Of a DNA stretch of 64,000 nucleotides, positions 62,360-64,000 are shown piece after piece. The position numbers and the translations under genes are program-made. The notes under the pieces are model-generated. The model made no database searches. It was not told the DNA's origin and saw nothing but the letters and a program-made list of their open reading frames with translations. The stretch is from Nitrospirales bacterium (GTDB lineage: Bacteria; Nitrospirota; Nitrospiria; Nitrospirales; UBA8639). The stretch lies in assembly GCA_963555755.3 (NCBI GenBank), contig OY820905.2, positions 1 through 64,000 of the forward strand, in the 5' to 3' direction. The first letter of the stretch is position 1; each line of letters starts with the position of its first letter.

Positions 62360-63511
62360 ATGAATTCCCTACCTCTTGGTAATCTCTCACTCGATAAGTT
62401 TCTGGCCAAGTATTGGCAAAAGAAGCCGCTGCTGGTGCGGAAGGCCTTGCCAGGATGTTTGCCGCCTATTGCGGCGGATGAATTGGCGGGGCTCGCTTGT
62501 GAGGATCAAGTTGAGTCGCGCCTGATCATCCATGATGGTAGCTGCGAGAAGTGGAAAATGACTCATGGCCCGTTTAACGATGAGACGTTCCGCATGGTGC
62601 CAGAGAAGCACTGGACTTTGCTCGTTCAAGCGGTAGACTTCTGGGTGCCTGAGGCCGCCAAATTTCTTGATCAGTTTAATTTTATCCCAACCTGGCGCGT
62701 TGATGATTTGATGATCAGCCTTTCCGGTGATGGCGGTGGGGTCGGTCCGCACTTTGATAACTATGATGTCTTTTTGGTACAGGTGAGTGGGCGTCGGCAA
62801 TGGGAAGTCGGTGGGGTGTTTGATGAACAGTCACCGCGTCGGCCTGATACCCCCGTGATGATCTTAACCGATTGGCAACCCGAAGCGAGTTGGATTCTTG
62901 AGCCTGGTGATATGTTGTATATCCCGCCTCGTGTGGGGCATAGCGGGGTGGCTGTTGGTGAGGATTGCATGACCTGTTCAGTTGGATTTCGCGCACCTTC
63001 TCATGGAGAAATCCTTCGGGAGTTTTCGGGGTTTGTCGGTGACAGATTGAGTGAGGAAGTCCGGTATGCTGATCCAGATCTTAAGCCCCAACCGCACCCT
63101 GGTCAGATTACTCCCGGTGCCTTAAAAAAAGTCCACCAAATCTTACACCAGTATATCGAAGACCAGGACCGAGTGGCGGAGTGGTTTGGTCGTTCCATGA
63201 CCACGCGAAAATATCAAGAAGAGAATCCTGTGCTCGATACCTATAGTCTTGAAGATGTCCGCAAGCATATTGTTGTAGGCGGTGTACTTATTCGAAACGA
63301 AGGTTCTCGTTTTGCCTTTCAGGAACATGGAAATGAAACATGGTTATTTGTCGATGGCCGGTTTTATCAATGTCCGGAGACACAGGCGGATTTAATCAAA
63401 TCTTTATGTGCGATACGAGATATTTGCTCTGATCATTTTTCCGGATCCGATGAAGATCTTTCTCTCCTCTTAGACCTGCTCAATCATGGGAGTCTGTATC
63501 TCTCTGACTGA
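62360..63511 (+). CDS. roxA: JmjC/cupin ribosomal protein uL16 arginine hydroxylase (RoxA/YcfD)
   Basis: YWQKKPLL, WTLLVQAV, GGVGPHFDNYDVFLVQ, LEPGDMLYIPP, SVGFRAP. Confidence 0.88.
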   Translation: MNSLPLGNLSLDKFLAKYWQKKPLLVRKALPGCLPPIAADELAGLACEDQVESRLIIHDGSCEKWKMTHGPFNDETFRMVPEKHWTLLVQAVDFWVPEAAKFLDQFNFIPTWRVDDLMISLSGDGGGVGPHFDNYDVFLVQVSGRRQWEVGGVFDEQSPRRPDTPVMILTDWQPEASWILEPGDMLYIPPRVGHSGVAVGEDCMTCSVGFRAPSHGEILREFSGFVGDRLSEEVRYADPDLKPQPHPGQITPGALKKVHQILHQYIEDQDRVAEWFGRSMTTRKYQEENPVLDTYSLEDVRKHIVVGGVLIRNEGSRFAFQEHGNETWLFVDGRFYQCPETQADLIKSLCAIRDICSDHFSGSDEDLSLLLDLLNHGSLYLSD

Positions 63512-63876
63512 ATTCTTGATCAGCTCCTTGTGTCTTCTATTGAATCCTCTGAACAATCCTGTATGCTCCCGTAGAAATTTATTTCAAAAGGCTCTCCCCC
63601 TTGAGTGTTTACGCTTTACTTGGCTACCCTGATCTTCGGAAAAATGATTCAGGGAATGTTGAAAAAAGCCGCCAGCGGCGTTCTCGCCCTTTTGCCGTGC
63701 TCACGTACTATGAGTACGCTCCGCTCGTCAAAATGGCTGCGGCCTTGCTGGATAGACCCTTCGGAAAGACTCAGGGCATGCTTTTTTGAACATTCCCTCC
63801 CACTGACGATGCGTGGCTCATTTGGAGCTTTTATTGGCTGTTGGATTGCAATATTAAACAGGCCCATTCAACAAAT

Positions 63877-64000
63877 ATGAATACTTCCTCACCTTCCCCC
63901 CTCCGCGGTCTTCTCATCGCCCAGTTTTTTGGGGCGTTTAATGACAACGCCTGGAAATTGATGGTGGCGCTGTTGGCCATGAAGCAGTTGGCTTCACAAA
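63877..64000 (+). CDS. Start of an LplT/Aas-type MFS protein (partial)
   Basis: LLIAQFFGAFNDNAWK. Confidence 0.7.
   Translation, partial: MNTSSPSPLRGLLIAQFFGAFNDNAWKLMVALLAMKQLASQ

Overview
A 64-kb bacterial window, probably from a Nitrospirales genome (inferred from an NPEP-CTERM gene, the rph-rdgB-tRNA-Pro-tRNA-Arg block and the repeat types). About 1-48.8 kb is a heavily scrambled accessory mosaic. It opens with a ~9-kb nest of group II introns. An ORF-less intron carries a second intron inserted at the 3' base of its catalytic domain V. A related intron abuts it, and that intron's RT gene is split at the YADD motif by an RmInt1-like intron whose EBS1/EBS2 read the YADD codons. An IS256 and a second copy of the DV-inserted intron follow. 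The mosaic also holds IS91/ISCR remnants within a >2-kb inverted duplication of an rlmI-like gene, IS1634, IS3, a DUF4338(DruA-like)-IS4 fusion transposase, three IS6 copies, and many MITEs, some nested three levels deep. IS6-type MITEs of fixed length (132 or 152 bp) mark breakpoints between unrelated gene cassettes: NRAMP transporter, S8-PKD protease, rluF, Sel1 protein, autotransporter and ORFans. The right part is mostly core genome: tRNA-Ser, serS, rph, rdgB, tRNA-Pro, tRNA-Arg with a small TA-only island (holding a fourth, different IS6), monomeric icd, two vapBC modules, elaA and roxA. No CRISPR array or rRNA was seen. All family assignments come from motif recognition, not database searches.
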